A stretch of DNA of 64,000 nt from the NCBI GenBank assembly GCA_035497735.1, contig DATJCX010000019.1:4405-68404 (forward strand). Direction: 5' to 3'. The stretch is from Brumimicrobium sp. (lineage in GTDB: Bacteria; Bacteroidota; Bacteroidia; Flavobacteriales_D; Crocinitomicaceae). This document shows positions 26,710 through 36,082 of the stretch, piece by piece (the stretch's first letter is position 1; every line of letters begins with the position of its first letter). Below the pieces are notes generated by a model. It saw only the letters and a program-made list of their open reading frames with translations. It was not told the DNA's origin and made no database searches. The translations under genes were made by a program, and so were the position numbers.

Positions 26710-27666
26710 TTAGACTTCGTAGGGAAGTTTTTCGCCAGCTAGACCAGCAAGAATGTTTTCAGCTACCATCTTCGCCATTTTATCTCTATCTTCTTCAATG
26801 GAACTTCCAATATGAGGCGTTATAGAAACATGGGGAAGATCTAACAATTCATTATTAAAAATCATCGGCTCTGGATTTGTCACATCTAAACCTGCCCCCC
26901 AAATGGTTCTAGACTTTAAAGCTTCTGTCAATGCCAATTCATCATGAATTTGCCCGCGAGAAGTATTAATAAAGATGGCATTCTTTTTCATCTTAGAGAA
27001 TGCCGTAGCATCAAATTTATTCTTTGTTTGTTCATTTAAAGCAGCGTGAACAGAAAGAACATCACTTTGCGATAAAAGCTCTTCAAAAGAAACCCACTTC
27101 GCTCCTAACTCCTTTTCTGCTCGCTCGTTTCGTGAACGATTGTGATAAATAATCTCCATATTATAAGCAGCTCTAGAAAGTCTAGCCATCTCAAAACCAA
27201 TGTTTCCTAATCCAAAAACACCTAAGACCTTGTTTCTAAGTCCTATCCCTAAGTTTTCAGTTGGAGTAAAATGACTCCACTCTCCTCTCTTAATGCTTTG
27301 ATACATATAAAAAGCATTCTTCGAAGCTGTTAACATCAACATAAATGCTGTGTCTGCGGTCGCTTCACTTCCTGCATTTGGTGTGTTTCCAATTGGAATG
27401 TTCAGTCTTTTAGCCGTGGCCAAGTCAACATGATTGTATCCTATAGAATGTAAAGCAATCACTTTTAAGTGTGGAACTGCCTCCAAAAATTCTTGATTTA
27501 CCCTATTTCTATCTGCCACGACTATCGCATCATGCTCCTTGCATATCTCAACAAATTCTGTTGGAGTGGGTACTGCTTTATTTTCCCAAATAGTAACTGT
27601 ATGTCCAGCTTGCTGAATCATATCCAATCCTATTTGTCTAATTCGTCGTGTTAAAAATACCTTCAT
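26710..27666 (-). CDS. D-isomer-specific 2-hydroxyacid dehydrogenase (glyoxylate/hydroxypyruvate reductase-like)
   Basis: 318 aa with the NAD-binding motif GVFGLGNIGFEMA and the catalytic region TPHIGS. Confidence 0.8.
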   Translation of the reverse strand: MKVFLTRRIRQIGLDMIQQAGHTVTIWENKAVPTPTEFVEICKEHDAIVVADRNRVNQEFLEAVPHLKVIALHSIGYNHVDLATAKRLNIPIGNTPNAGSEATADTAFMLMLTASKNAFYMYQSIKRGEWSHFTPTENLGIGLRNKVLGVFGLGNIGFEMARLSRAAYNMEIIYHNRSRNERAEKELGAKWVSFEELLSQSDVLSVHAALNEQTKNKFDATAFSKMKKNAIFINTSRGQIHDELALTEALKSRTIWGAGLDVTNPEPMIFNNELLDLPHVSITPHIGSSIEEDRDKMAKMVAENILAGLAGEKLPYEV

Positions 27667-27694
27667 AAAGACAAAAGTAAATATATAATGTGTT

Positions 27695-28069
27695 TTATCT
27701 AGCAGGTGATGACTTTACTTGTGAGTTCAACCACTGTTTTAAAAATACAGCTTGATTGTGCTTTTCATTTTTAGCGCTAAAAAGTAAAGTAACTTTCTCG
27801 TGTTTAGCAACGGCATCTTTAAGTTGTTTGGTTATTGCCGAATTTCCCTCAAGTTCTATCAAGTATTTTTTCTTAAACTCTCCCCATTTTTCATCCTCAT
27901 GGTTAAACCATTTACGCAATTCCGTTGAAGGACCGATTTCTTTTAACCATAAGTCAAGTCGTGCATCTTCTTTTTTGATTCCACGCGGCCAAAGTCTGTC
28001 CACCAAAATACGAAAACCATCATCGTCTGTTGCGTCTTCATAAATCCGTTTTAATACAATTGCAGCCAT
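27695..28069 (-). CDS. DUF488 (YeaO-like) family protein
   Basis: RILVDRLWPRGIKKEDARLDLWLKEIGPSTELRKWFNH is the characteristic DUF488 core. Confidence 0.75.
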   Translation of the reverse strand: MAAIVLKRIYEDATDDDGFRILVDRLWPRGIKKEDARLDLWLKEIGPSTELRKWFNHEDEKWGEFKKKYLIELEGNSAITKQLKDAVAKHEKVTLLFSAKNEKHNQAVFLKQWLNSQVKSSPAR

Positions 28070-28154
28070 TTCTACTTTTTAAAAAAGCAAATTACGAATA
28101 AAAGGCCAATTTGTAGAACCCTTCACGGGGTAATTTTAAAAAAAAGTGTGACAA

Positions 28155-29087
28155 TTATTTTTCGTACTCCTTGAGTGTAGAGTCTGATTTATACAAAACT
28201 CTACCGCAAGGCACTACCTTACTTGAGTCATCTAAATGAACAGATTGATCGTCAAAGAAAATATGAGCACCGAATGCTTTTAAGACTTTATCCTTGGCCA
28301 ATCCGCCCATAAAATAAGCTTCGTCAACGTAAACTCCCCAATTTCTAAGCGTATTTACAACACGCATATGACTAGGAGCACTTCTAGCTGTAACAATCGC
28401 TATTCTCAAGGGTGTCAACTCGATAGACATCGGTAAACGCTCTTGAATCTTCGACAACCTTCTCAATAAATTCGCAAAAGGCCCATCATCCAAAGGAATG
28501 TTTTCATTTGCTTTTTCATGTGCTAGGAAAGCCTCTATTCCTTCCTGCTTATAAATCTTTTCAGATGCTTCAGAAAACACCACTGCATCCGCATCGAAAG
28601 CAAATTTCACTCTTTCTGTTTCGGGTTGGTAATCCGCAGGAGGGTCATACACCAAGGCAGTAGCACAACTAGCGTTATCTATAACTGTTTGTACCTCTTT
28701 TTCATCTTTCGACAAGAATAGGTCAACGCCAAAAGCATCAATAAATGGCGGTATTGGTTCACCACCTGAAAAAGCCATTCTGTTAATTGGTAAATTATAA
28801 TGCTGAATAGATTTAAGTACTCTTGTTCCTGTTTCCGGACTATTTCTGGACATCACGACAATTTCTACGATAGGACTATTTTTTTCTACGTGTAAATTTA
28901 GATTAAGCAGCGCTTGAATCAAAGGAAAAGCAGTTCCCTTTTCCAATACGACATCTTCATTTTCTAATTGATATTTTCTAAAACCTTGAATACTTTCTTT
29001 TTTAAAAATTTCATTTTCCACTTCTAAATTGAAAAGCGCTCTGGTTGAAACACCAACTACTAATATATCTGAAACATCTACTGCCAT
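28155..29087 (-). CDS. Cytosolic 5'-nucleotidase-type (cN-IA-like) HAD-superfamily protein
   Basis: The N-terminus ILVVGVSTRALFNLEVENEIFKKE and the overall 310-aa length resemble the bacterial 5'-nucleotidase family as I remember it. Confidence 0.55.
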   Translation of the reverse strand: MAVDVSDILVVGVSTRALFNLEVENEIFKKESIQGFRKYQLENEDVVLEKGTAFPLIQALLNLNLHVEKNSPIVEIVVMSRNSPETGTRVLKSIQHYNLPINRMAFSGGEPIPPFIDAFGVDLFLSKDEKEVQTVIDNASCATALVYDPPADYQPETERVKFAFDADAVVFSEASEKIYKQEGIEAFLAHEKANENIPLDDGPFANLLRRLSKIQERLPMSIELTPLRIAIVTARSAPSHMRVVNTLRNWGVYVDEAYFMGGLAKDKVLKAFGAHIFFDDQSVHLDDSSKVVPCGRVLYKSDSTLKEYEK

Positions 29088-29200
29088 GCTATTGAATCTT
29101 TATTCCTTGTGAAATGATAATCTTACAATATTACACATATTCACAATTGATTTATTAGAATTAAAGTGATTTTTTTTCGAATTAGCCTATAGTTTAGGCC

Positions 29201-29226
29201 AAAAAAAACCGCAAAATTGCGGTTTT
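29201..29226 (-). terminator. Rho-independent terminator downstream of ppa
   Basis: The minus strand reads AAAACCGC-aatttt-GCGGTTTT followed by TTTT. Confidence 0.7.
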
Positions 29227-29250
29227 CATTATTTTCAATACGTTTTTGAA

Positions 29251-29763
29251 CTATAGTTGGTAAAGGTATTTTTTACTTTCTTCTAATTCTTGGTAACGCA
29301 CTTTACATTCGTCAATCATTTTTTCAGCAGCTGCTCTATCTCCAAAACCATTTGTTTGAACAGTTTTATTCTCTAAATTCTTGTATGTTTTAAAGAACTC
29401 TTCTACTTCTTTTTTGAAGTGATCATTCACATCATTGATATCGTTTAATTTGCTCATGATTGGATCATCAACAGGAACGCAAACGATTTTCTCGTCATTG
29501 TCTCCACCGTCCACCATGTAGAAAACTCCAACAGCTTTAACTTCAACTAAAATCCCAGGTGCAAATGGTTCCGTAGCCAATACTAAAACATCTAATGCAT
29601 CACCATCTAAAGCCAAAGTTTCTGGAACAAATCCATATTCAGCCGGATATCTCATGTTAGAGTATAACAAACGGTCGAAACGGATTCTTTTTAATGTAAA
29701 ATCGTATTCGTACTTATTTCTACTTCCTGTAGGAATTTCAATAAAAGCATCAAAAGTTTTCAT
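29251..29763 (-). CDS. ppa: Inorganic pyrophosphatase (family I)
   Basis: FIEIPTGSRNKYEYD and DGDALDVLV motifs. 170 aa. Confidence 0.9.
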   Translation of the reverse strand: MKTFDAFIEIPTGSRNKYEYDFTLKRIRFDRLLYSNMRYPAEYGFVPETLALDGDALDVLVLATEPFAPGILVEVKAVGVFYMVDGGDNDEKIVCVPVDDPIMSKLNDINDVNDHFKKEVEEFFKTYKNLENKTVQTNGFGDRAAAEKMIDECKVRYQELEESKKYLYQL

Positions 29764-29785
29764 ATCTTAATTTTCAATTAGGTTG

Positions 29786-29793
29786 CAAAAATA
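29786..29793 (-). promoter_or_regulatory. -7 promoter box TATTTTTG (minus strand)
   Basis: Plus-strand CAAAAATA, 22 nt upstream of the ppa ATG. Confidence 0.45.
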
Positions 29794-30104
29794 ATTTAAT
29801 TATCTTTTTATTACAAGTTTTTGAAAAATATATTCTCATTTCACTGATATAACTGATTATACAGTCAAAACAATAAACGGGTACTTCAAGAGTTACAACC
29901 ACCTGTCTTGTCAGTAAATGACGTGCCTGACTGACAAATAAAAAATAAAACTGACATAATAACAGTTATTCTATATTATTCAAATATTTAAACCAAATGG
30001 CAAACTAGTTGTTTAGCTATGCAGTGAGATATCTTATGCTCTCTATTTATGAATTCGTTCATGGAATTATAATATAGAAAGAAAAGATTTGAAATAAAAA
30101 TAAT

Positions 30105-30112
30105 TAGCTTTG
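30105..30112 (+). promoter_or_regulatory. -7 promoter box TAGCTTTG
   Basis: 20 nt upstream of the rsfS ATG at 30133. Confidence 0.45.
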
Positions 30113-30132
30113 TGCTAATATTAAAACATTGA

Positions 30133-30507
30133 ATGACGAAATTAAGTAAAGTAACAAACTCGGAAGATCTATGCAACTCAATAGTAGAGGGAATGCAGGA
30201 TAATAAAGCGGAAGACATAGTGGTAATTGATTTGCGTGGAATTGAAAACTCTGTTGCAGATTTTTTTGTTGTTGCTAGTGGTAACTCAACAACACAAATT
30301 GATGGTATTGCCAATTCCATCGTTCGTTCAACAAGAAAGAATTTACAAGAAAAACCTTGGCATCAGGAAGGAAAGATAACTTCGGAATGGGTATTATTAG
30401 ATTACGTATCTGTTGTGGCACATATCTTTCAAAGAGAGATACGAAAGTTTTATGATTTAGAAGATTTATGGGCAGACGGCGTTGTTCGTCAAATAGAAAA
30501 CCAGTAA
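30133..30507 (+). CDS. rsfS: Ribosome silencing factor RsfS (iojap-like)
   Basis: 124 aa. ADFFVVASGNSTTQ and the DYVSVVAHIFQ...R.FYDLE.LW motifs are typical. Confidence 0.85.
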   Translation: MTKLSKVTNSEDLCNSIVEGMQDNKAEDIVVIDLRGIENSVADFFVVASGNSTTQIDGIANSIVRSTRKNLQEKPWHQEGKITSEWVLLDYVSVVAHIFQREIRKFYDLEDLWADGVVRQIENQ

Positions 30508-30526
30508 AAATACATTTATAATAAAA

Positions 30527-32686
30527 ATGGGAAAAGAAAACAATTCACCTCAAAAACCGAATAAAAACAAAAGTCCATATTCCATATACTGGATTTACGC
30601 AATTATTGGTTTAACAATCATTGGAGTTCAGCTATTTATGAACTCTAACACCAACAAGAAAATTCAATCACAGCAAACTTTCATCACCTTGATGGAGCAT
30701 GACTATGTTGAAAATGTAATTTTATGGCGTAATGTTGGTCGCGTTGATTTTAAAATCAATGAAGCCGGTAAAAAAGCAATTGAACAAGGAGACTTTTCAG
30801 GAGAAGACTTTGATGATATCAAAAAGGCATTATCAAATACGAATTCTCCAATGGTTGGTGGTTCTACTCCTAAACTTGGCTTCGACATAGCCTCAACTGA
30901 TGCTTTTGTTAAAGAGTTTGACGCTGCCAATGAGAAGCGTAAGGAAAATAATGTTGGCGTAATTTCCTATAAAGTTGACGAAGAACACAACTATATCGCT
31001 CAAATATTTAGCTTTATTCTACCAATTTTAATCATCATTGCTATCTGGATGTTCATTCTTAGAAGAATGGGTGGTGGAATGGGTGGCGGTGCCGGAGGAG
31101 GTCAACTCTTCAACATCGGAAAATCTAAAGCACAAGTATTTGAAAAAGGTAAAGGAACAAACATTACATTTAAAGATGTAGCTGGATTGGAAGGAGCTAA
31201 AGAAGAGATTCAAGAAATTGTAGCTTTCCTTAAGAATCCTAAGAAATACACTGAATTAGGTGCTAAGATTCCTAAAGGAGCGCTGCTGGTAGGACCTCCA
31301 GGAACAGGTAAGACATTGTTAGCTAAAGCCGTTGCAGGGGAAGCTGATGTACCTTTCTTCTCGCTATCAGGTTCAGACTTCGTAGAGATGTTTGTTGGAG
31401 TTGGAGCTTCACGTGTTCGTGACTTATTTAAACAAGCAAAAGAAAAATCTCCTTCTATTATCTTTATTGATGAGATTGATGCAATTGGTCGTGCTAGAGG
31501 TAAGAACGCAAATATGGGTTCTAACGACGAAAGAGAAAACACATTAAACCAGCTACTAACTGAAATGGATGGTTTCGGAACAAACTCTGGAGTGATTATT
31601 TTAGCAGCAACAAACAGAGCAGACATTCTTGATAAAGCCTTGATGAGAGCTGGTCGTTTTGACAGACAGATTTATGTAGATATGCCAGACTTGAACGAAA
31701 GAAAAGAAATTTTCGAAGTTCACTTAAAGCCTTTAAAGCTAGGTCCGGATATCGATAGAGAATTCTTATCTAAGCAAACACCTGGTTTCTCTGGTGCTGA
31801 CATTGCTAACCTTTGTAACGAAGCTGCATTAATTGCTGCTAGGAAGGAAAAAAAGCAAGTAGAAATGCAAGATTTCCTTGATGCTGTTGATAGAATTATC
31901 GGTGGTTTAGAGAAGAAAAACAAAATCATTACAAAGGACGAAAAACGTGCGATTGCATTCCACGAAGCAGGACACGCAACAGTATCTTGGTTGGCGGAAC
32001 ATGCGCACCCACTAGTAAAAGTTACCATTGTACCAAGAGGTCAATCCTTAGGTGCTGCTTGGTATTTACCAGAAGAAAGAACGATTACAAGAACAGAACA
32101 GTTATTAGATGAAATGTGTGCTGCACTTGGTGGAAGAGCGGCAGAAGAAATTATTTTCGGGAAGATTTCTACTGGTGCTTTAAGTGACTTAGAGAAAGTA
32201 ACTAAGCAAGCTTATGCAATGGTTTCAATCTACGGATTAAACGATGTTGTAGGGAATATTTCATACTATGATTCTCAAGGTCAAAACCAATTCACTAAAC
32301 CCTATTCTGAGGAAACAAATAGAGTGATTGACATTGAGGTTAGAAAACTAATTGAAGAGCAATACACAAGAGCGAAGCAAATTCTAACAGATAATAAAGA
32401 CAAACTAATTCTTTTGGCAGAAAAGCTTCTTGAAAAAGAAGTTATTTTCCAAGAAGATTTAGTTGAAATATTTGGAAAACGTTCATGGGACCAATTGACA
32501 ACAGTTGAGAAAATGAAAGTTGAAAGTGGAGATATTGACTCAGAAGATATTCTAAAAGGTCAAAAAGGATCGACAGATTCTGAATACTTAGCTGATAATA
32601 CTTCTGCAACGGACGAGACAAAGGATACAAATGAGGATACTGAGAAAGATTCAAACTTGGATCAAAGAGAATCTCCTCGTTACTAA
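30527..32686 (+). CDS. ftsH: ATP-dependent zinc metalloprotease FtsH
   Basis: Walker A GPPGTGKT, second region of homology, and zinc motif HEAGHA. Two N-terminal TM helices and an acidic C-terminal tail. Confidence 0.95.
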   Translation: MGKENNSPQKPNKNKSPYSIYWIYAIIGLTIIGVQLFMNSNTNKKIQSQQTFITLMEHDYVENVILWRNVGRVDFKINEAGKKAIEQGDFSGEDFDDIKKALSNTNSPMVGGSTPKLGFDIASTDAFVKEFDAANEKRKENNVGVISYKVDEEHNYIAQIFSFILPILIIIAIWMFILRRMGGGMGGGAGGGQLFNIGKSKAQVFEKGKGTNITFKDVAGLEGAKEEIQEIVAFLKNPKKYTELGAKIPKGALLVGPPGTGKTLLAKAVAGEADVPFFSLSGSDFVEMFVGVGASRVRDLFKQAKEKSPSIIFIDEIDAIGRARGKNANMGSNDERENTLNQLLTEMDGFGTNSGVIILAATNRADILDKALMRAGRFDRQIYVDMPDLNERKEIFEVHLKPLKLGPDIDREFLSKQTPGFSGADIANLCNEAALIAARKEKKQVEMQDFLDAVDRIIGGLEKKNKIITKDEKRAIAFHEAGHATVSWLAEHAHPLVKVTIVPRGQSLGAAWYLPEERTITRTEQLLDEMCAALGGRAAEEIIFGKISTGALSDLEKVTKQAYAMVSIYGLNDVVGNISYYDSQGQNQFTKPYSEETNRVIDIEVRKLIEEQYTRAKQILTDNKDKLILLAEKLLEKEVIFQEDLVEIFGKRSWDQLTTVEKMKVESGDIDSEDILKGQKGSTDSEYLADNTSATDETKDTNEDTEKDSNLDQRESPRY

Positions 32687-32711
32687 CTCTCCGCTTGCGG
32701 GTTGTGAAACG

Positions 32712-32897
32712 GTGTACCAAACCACTGAATCACACATGATTAACATCATGAAATTAAAACTAGAAGAAGAAGGAATCCATGATATTATTTTAAATAACAT
32801 GGATTCCTCTTACAATAATTTCGGAAAAGTTGAGCTCTATGTCAAGCAAAATGACGTAATTCGTGCCAAGCATATAATAGATAAAAACTATGAGTAA
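32712..32897 (+). CDS. Small DUF2007-like (putative signal-transducing) protein; start uncertain
   Basis: The core is YQTTESHMINIMKLKLEEEGIHDIILN...VELYVKQNDVIRAKHII. The track ORF start at 32631 would overlap ftsH by 56 nt. The GTG at 32712 or the ATG at 32736 is more plausible. Confidence 0.5.
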   Translation: MYQTTESHMINIMKLKLEEEGIHDIILNNMDSSYNNFGKVELYVKQNDVIRAKHIIDKNYE

Positions 32898-33708
32898 TAT
32901 ACTTGTCCGTACAATTTGGGGAGCACTTTTCGTTGGTATAATGATTGGTTCATTTCTTTTAGGAACCTATTCAACCGCAGTCATTCTCACATTATTTATG
33001 GCCATCGGTCTGTTTGAATTTTATCGTTTCTTTAAAGAAAATGAAGAAACAAATCCACCAGCGACAACGGGAATCGTAGGAGGAATTTTACTTTTCATCA
33101 CCCTGCTAGCTCCTTCCCTATTTGACTTTCAATTGAATCAATTATGGATAGCCATTCCGGTTTTATTTCTACCTTTTTTCCATATTATATTTAGTCTAAA
33201 CAAGAACCCTTTGGCCGACTTAATGGTCCTAGCTTTTTCTTGGTTATACATTCTTCTTCCATTCTATTTTATGTTTAGCATCCAATCTTTCCCAATAGAA
33301 AGAGAATATTCATGGGGATTCATCCTTGGTTTTTTTGTGATGGTTTGGGCGAATGATACTTTTGCATACTTATCGGGCAGATTTTTTGGAAAACACAAAC
33401 TATTTGAACGTATTTCGCCGAAGAAGACATGGCAAGGTGCAATCGGAGGTTTTATCTTTACTCTTTTATTTGGAGCACTCTATGCGGCACTTTTCAAACA
33501 AGACTTTTTGTTTTGGATACTAGCAGGAGTTGTCATCTCTCCAATGAGCATTTTTGGTGACTTAATTGAATCTAGGTTTAAACGTATTGTCAACGTTAAA
33601 GATTCTGGAACCATACTTCGTGGTCACGGAGGAATCCTTGATCGCTTTGATGCGGCGATGTATGCAGCACCCTTCTTTTATTTGTGGATGACAATTTATT
33701 TCAGTTAG
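32890..33708 (+). CDS. cdsA: Phosphatidate cytidylyltransferase
   Basis: 272 aa polytopic protein. The C-terminal signature SRFKRIVNVKDSGTILRGHGGILDRFD is present. Confidence 0.9.
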   Translation: MSNILVRTIWGALFVGIMIGSFLLGTYSTAVILTLFMAIGLFEFYRFFKENEETNPPATTGIVGGILLFITLLAPSLFDFQLNQLWIAIPVLFLPFFHIIFSLNKNPLADLMVLAFSWLYILLPFYFMFSIQSFPIEREYSWGFILGFFVMVWANDTFAYLSGRFFGKHKLFERISPKKTWQGAIGGFIFTLLFGALYAALFKQDFLFWILAGVVISPMSIFGDLIESRFKRIVNVKDSGTILRGHGGILDRFDAAMYAAPFFYLWMTIYFS

Positions 33709-33840
33709 AAAAAGCATCCACTTATTATCTTTAGTCAATTCAGAAAACAGGTGAATGAAAAATTCTTTTGCCTATAATTTACTACATCATCTAAAAAGAA
33801 TTATTTTTACACACTATACAAATAATTGCAACTAATTAAA

Positions 33841-34509
33841 ATGAAAATTCATAGAGAAGGTTATTTAATTATCACAGTAGGTCTACTAATTCTTGGTCTT
33901 ATTCAAGCTGGGAATTATTATCTATACACAAAAATAGATCAGCAATGGCTATTCATTCTACTAAGCGTAGCTGCCTTAGTAATGGCTTATCTAATTATCC
34001 AATTCTTTAGAGTTCCAAACATCACTTTCAAAGGTGGGGAAAATGAAATTTACTGTCCAGCAGATGGAAAAGTAGTCGTAATCGAAGAGGTAGAAGAAAC
34101 AGAATACTTTAAAGACAGACGAATTCAAGTTTCTATCTTTATGTCGCCACTTAACGTTCATGCAAACTTCAATCCTATCGGTGGAAAAGTAAAGTATGCT
34201 AAATACCACAAAGGCTTGTTTTTAGTGGCATGGCACCCTAAGAGTTCTACAGATAACGAAAGAACAACTATCGTGGTGGAACACAAAAACGGCAAGGAAG
34301 TACTTTTTCGCCAAGTAGCTGGTGCAGTAGCCAGAAGAATATGCTATTACGTTCAAGAAAAGGATCTGGTAAAGGCTGGAGATGAGTTTGGTTTCATCAA
34401 GTTTGGATCGCGTATCGACCTATATTTGCCGATTGGAACAAAATTAGATGTTAAAATTGGTGATATCGTAAAAGGAAGAATTACGAAAATAGGAGAATTT
34501 GAAAATTAA
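33841..34509 (+). CDS. psd: Phosphatidylserine decarboxylase proenzyme (short form)
   Basis: FIKFGSRIDLYLP contains the G-S self-cleavage site. The N-terminus has TM helices. The ATG at 33841 is preferred over the upstream TTG. Confidence 0.85.
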   Translation: MKIHREGYLIITVGLLILGLIQAGNYYLYTKIDQQWLFILLSVAALVMAYLIIQFFRVPNITFKGGENEIYCPADGKVVVIEEVEETEYFKDRRIQVSIFMSPLNVHANFNPIGGKVKYAKYHKGLFLVAWHPKSSTDNERTTIVVEHKNGKEVLFRQVAGAVARRICYYVQEKDLVKAGDEFGFIKFGSRIDLYLPIGTKLDVKIGDIVKGRITKIGEFEN

Positions 34510-34512
34510 TTC

Positions 34513-34520
34513 TATATTTG
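34513..34520 (+). promoter_or_regulatory. -7 promoter box TATATTTG
   Basis: 19 nt upstream of the ATG at 34540. Confidence 0.45.
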
Positions 34521-34539
34521 AATCACTAATTAGAAATTT

Positions 34540-34842
34540 ATGAAAAAGACACTGATGATTTTGGCGATGGGACTTATATTCTCATTTGCATTTAACGGAG
34601 CAGCTTTGGCTACTGAGTCCCCTATTGTTACAAAAACAGAATGTAAGGACGGAGATGGTAAAAAAGCTTGCTGTAAAAAAGATGGCGAGAAAAAAGAAGA
34701 CTGTTCTGCTGAGAAAAAAGAAGCTTGCGCTAAGAACAAAGCTGATGCGAACACAAAGTCGGATGCTAAAGCATGTTGTGCAAAGAAAGAAACAGCACAA
34801 GTAGAAACTAAGAAGGCTGCATGTTGCGCTTCAAAGAAATAA
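34540..34842 (+). CDS. Small secreted Lys/Cys/Ala-rich protein, unknown family
   Basis: Signal peptide MKKTLMILAMGLIFSFAFNGAALA|TE. The mature ~76 aa carry 9 Cys, including three ACC doublets (KKACCKK, AKACCAKK, KAACCASKK), and are heavily Lys-rich. The gene has its own promoter box and terminator. Confidence 0.6.
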   Translation: MKKTLMILAMGLIFSFAFNGAALATESPIVTKTECKDGDGKKACCKKDGEKKEDCSAEKKEACAKNKADANTKSDAKACCAKKETAQVETKKAACCASKK

Positions 34843-34860
34843 AAACTTTAAAAAAATTAA

Positions 34861-34889
34861 AAAAGCACATCATTGATGTGCTTTTTTTT
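34861..34889 (+). terminator. Rho-independent (bidirectional) terminator
   Basis: AGCACATC-att-GATGTGCT stem followed by T8, with an A-run on the other side. It lies between convergent genes. Confidence 0.8.
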
Positions 34890-34907
34890 GTCAATAGCCT
34901 AATAATC

Positions 34908-35471
34908 TTATTCATCCTCAACTGACCGTATTCCTTGTTCAGGATACTTTCCCCTAAATTGACTCAATTCATTCTTTAGGTATTTAAAGTCCTTTTCGAT
35001 ATCTCCTGTAGGTTCAAACACTTTTAAAATCCCCCCTGTTTTTGTTGGATAATCCATGTAGCCAATATAAATAGGAACATTCGCTTTTAAAGCAATATAG
35101 TAAAAACCTTTTCGCCAATTCGGATTGTATTTTCTCGTACCTTCCGGTGTAAATACCAAATATAAATTTTCATGTTCTTCAAAAAATTTTGCTGCTTGCT
35201 CAGTAAATTTATTGTGCTTATTTCTGCTAACAGGCAAACCTCCCATTGCTTTTAAAAGCCATCCTAATGGCGGAAAAAACAACTCACTTTTAATCAAGAA
35301 TTTTGCATTTAACTCGTAGTGCCAAAAAGCCAAACGACCAATAACAAAATCAAAGCTACTTGTGTGCGGTCCCATAACAATAATTGCTTTATTTACTCCT
35401 TCCGGACTATCAGTAATAGTCCAACCAAAGATTTTAAGTAAAACACGCGCGAACTTTTTCATCATGCACAA
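34908..35471 (-). CDS. Lysophospholipid (1-acyl-sn-glycerol-3-phosphate) acyltransferase family protein
   Basis: HX4D motif GPHTSSFD and FTPEGTR motif. Confidence 0.75.
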   Translation of the reverse strand: MCMMKKFARVLLKIFGWTITDSPEGVNKAIIVMGPHTSSFDFVIGRLAFWHYELNAKFLIKSELFFPPLGWLLKAMGGLPVSRNKHNKFTEQAAKFFEEHENLYLVFTPEGTRKYNPNWRKGFYYIALKANVPIYIGYMDYPTKTGGILKVFEPTGDIEKDFKYLKNELSQFRGKYPEQGIRSVEDE

Positions 35472-35504
35472 AATAAGTTTTAAAAATAAAACAAAGTCAA
35501 ATAA

Positions 35505-35939
35505 CTACTTTAAAGAAGCGAAAGCCTTCTCGGCAGGATATGCATTAAACATTCCGCTTGCTTTTGCCACTAACACCCCATTTTGATTCACTACGGCTGC
35601 TTCTGCATAAATCAATCTTTTTCCAGCAGACAAGACCTTACCTGTAGCTTCTAGCTTATCGCCTAAAAGTACCGGTTTTAAGAAATTAAGATTCAAATCC
35701 ACGGTACTGACAACGTTATTATTTCGTTGTGCTACCGATAAGGCAGCCACACCCAAAGTTCCATCAATTAATCCAGCAACCACACCTCCATGCGCCGCAG
35801 TCGGTGTTGCCAAGTGTTTCTCTTGAATTTCAATCGTGTACTTCACTTCACCATCTCCAATAACTTCCAACTTCATCTCCAAAAATCTTCCGTAATTATT
35901 TGAAGCTTTGTACAAATCTAAAATTTTGTCGTCTATCAT
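35505..35939 (-). CDS. PaaI-family hotdog-fold thioesterase
   Basis: AHGGVVAGLIDGTLGVAA motif. The start is set at MIDDKILDLY (ATG 35939) rather than the extended track ORF. Confidence 0.7.
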   Translation of the reverse strand: MIDDKILDLYKASNNYGRFLEMKLEVIGDGEVKYTIEIQEKHLATPTAAHGGVVAGLIDGTLGVAALSVAQRNNNVVSTVDLNLNFLKPVLLGDKLEATGKVLSAGKRLIYAEAAVVNQNGVLVAKASGMFNAYPAEKAFASLK

Positions 35940-36082
35940 GCCATCATATTTGATGCAAAAATATGTATTTTTCTTAATATGCAAGCATAAGAAAAGTTGA
36001 TTAATATATAAAATGCTTTTATCCCTCCAAAATCAAGTTTCAAATCATTATCTTTGTTCTTTATAACGATTGTTTCAAAGAA

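Noticed and set aside
29764-30132. 369-bp ppa/rsfS intergenic region and the 110-aa ORF at 29988-30320; considered for an sRNA or structured RNA gene
   Set aside because: The sequence is extremely AT-rich, and the only structure is a short TTGTCAGT/ACTGACAA hairpin. It does not resemble SRP, RNase P, tmRNA or 6S RNA. The ORF overlaps rsfS antisense and has low-complexity composition. Two divergent promoters are enough to explain the space.
31210-32028. 138-aa and 102-aa minus-strand ORFs
   Set aside because: They are antisense within ftsH.
34530-34804. Three alternative-frame ORFs (74, 72 and 72 aa) overlapping the Lys/Cys-rich gene
   Set aside because: They are generated by the AAG/AAA/GCT-rich low-complexity DNA. 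Only the frame starting at 34540 has a signal peptide and a promoter box at the right distance and ends just before the terminator.
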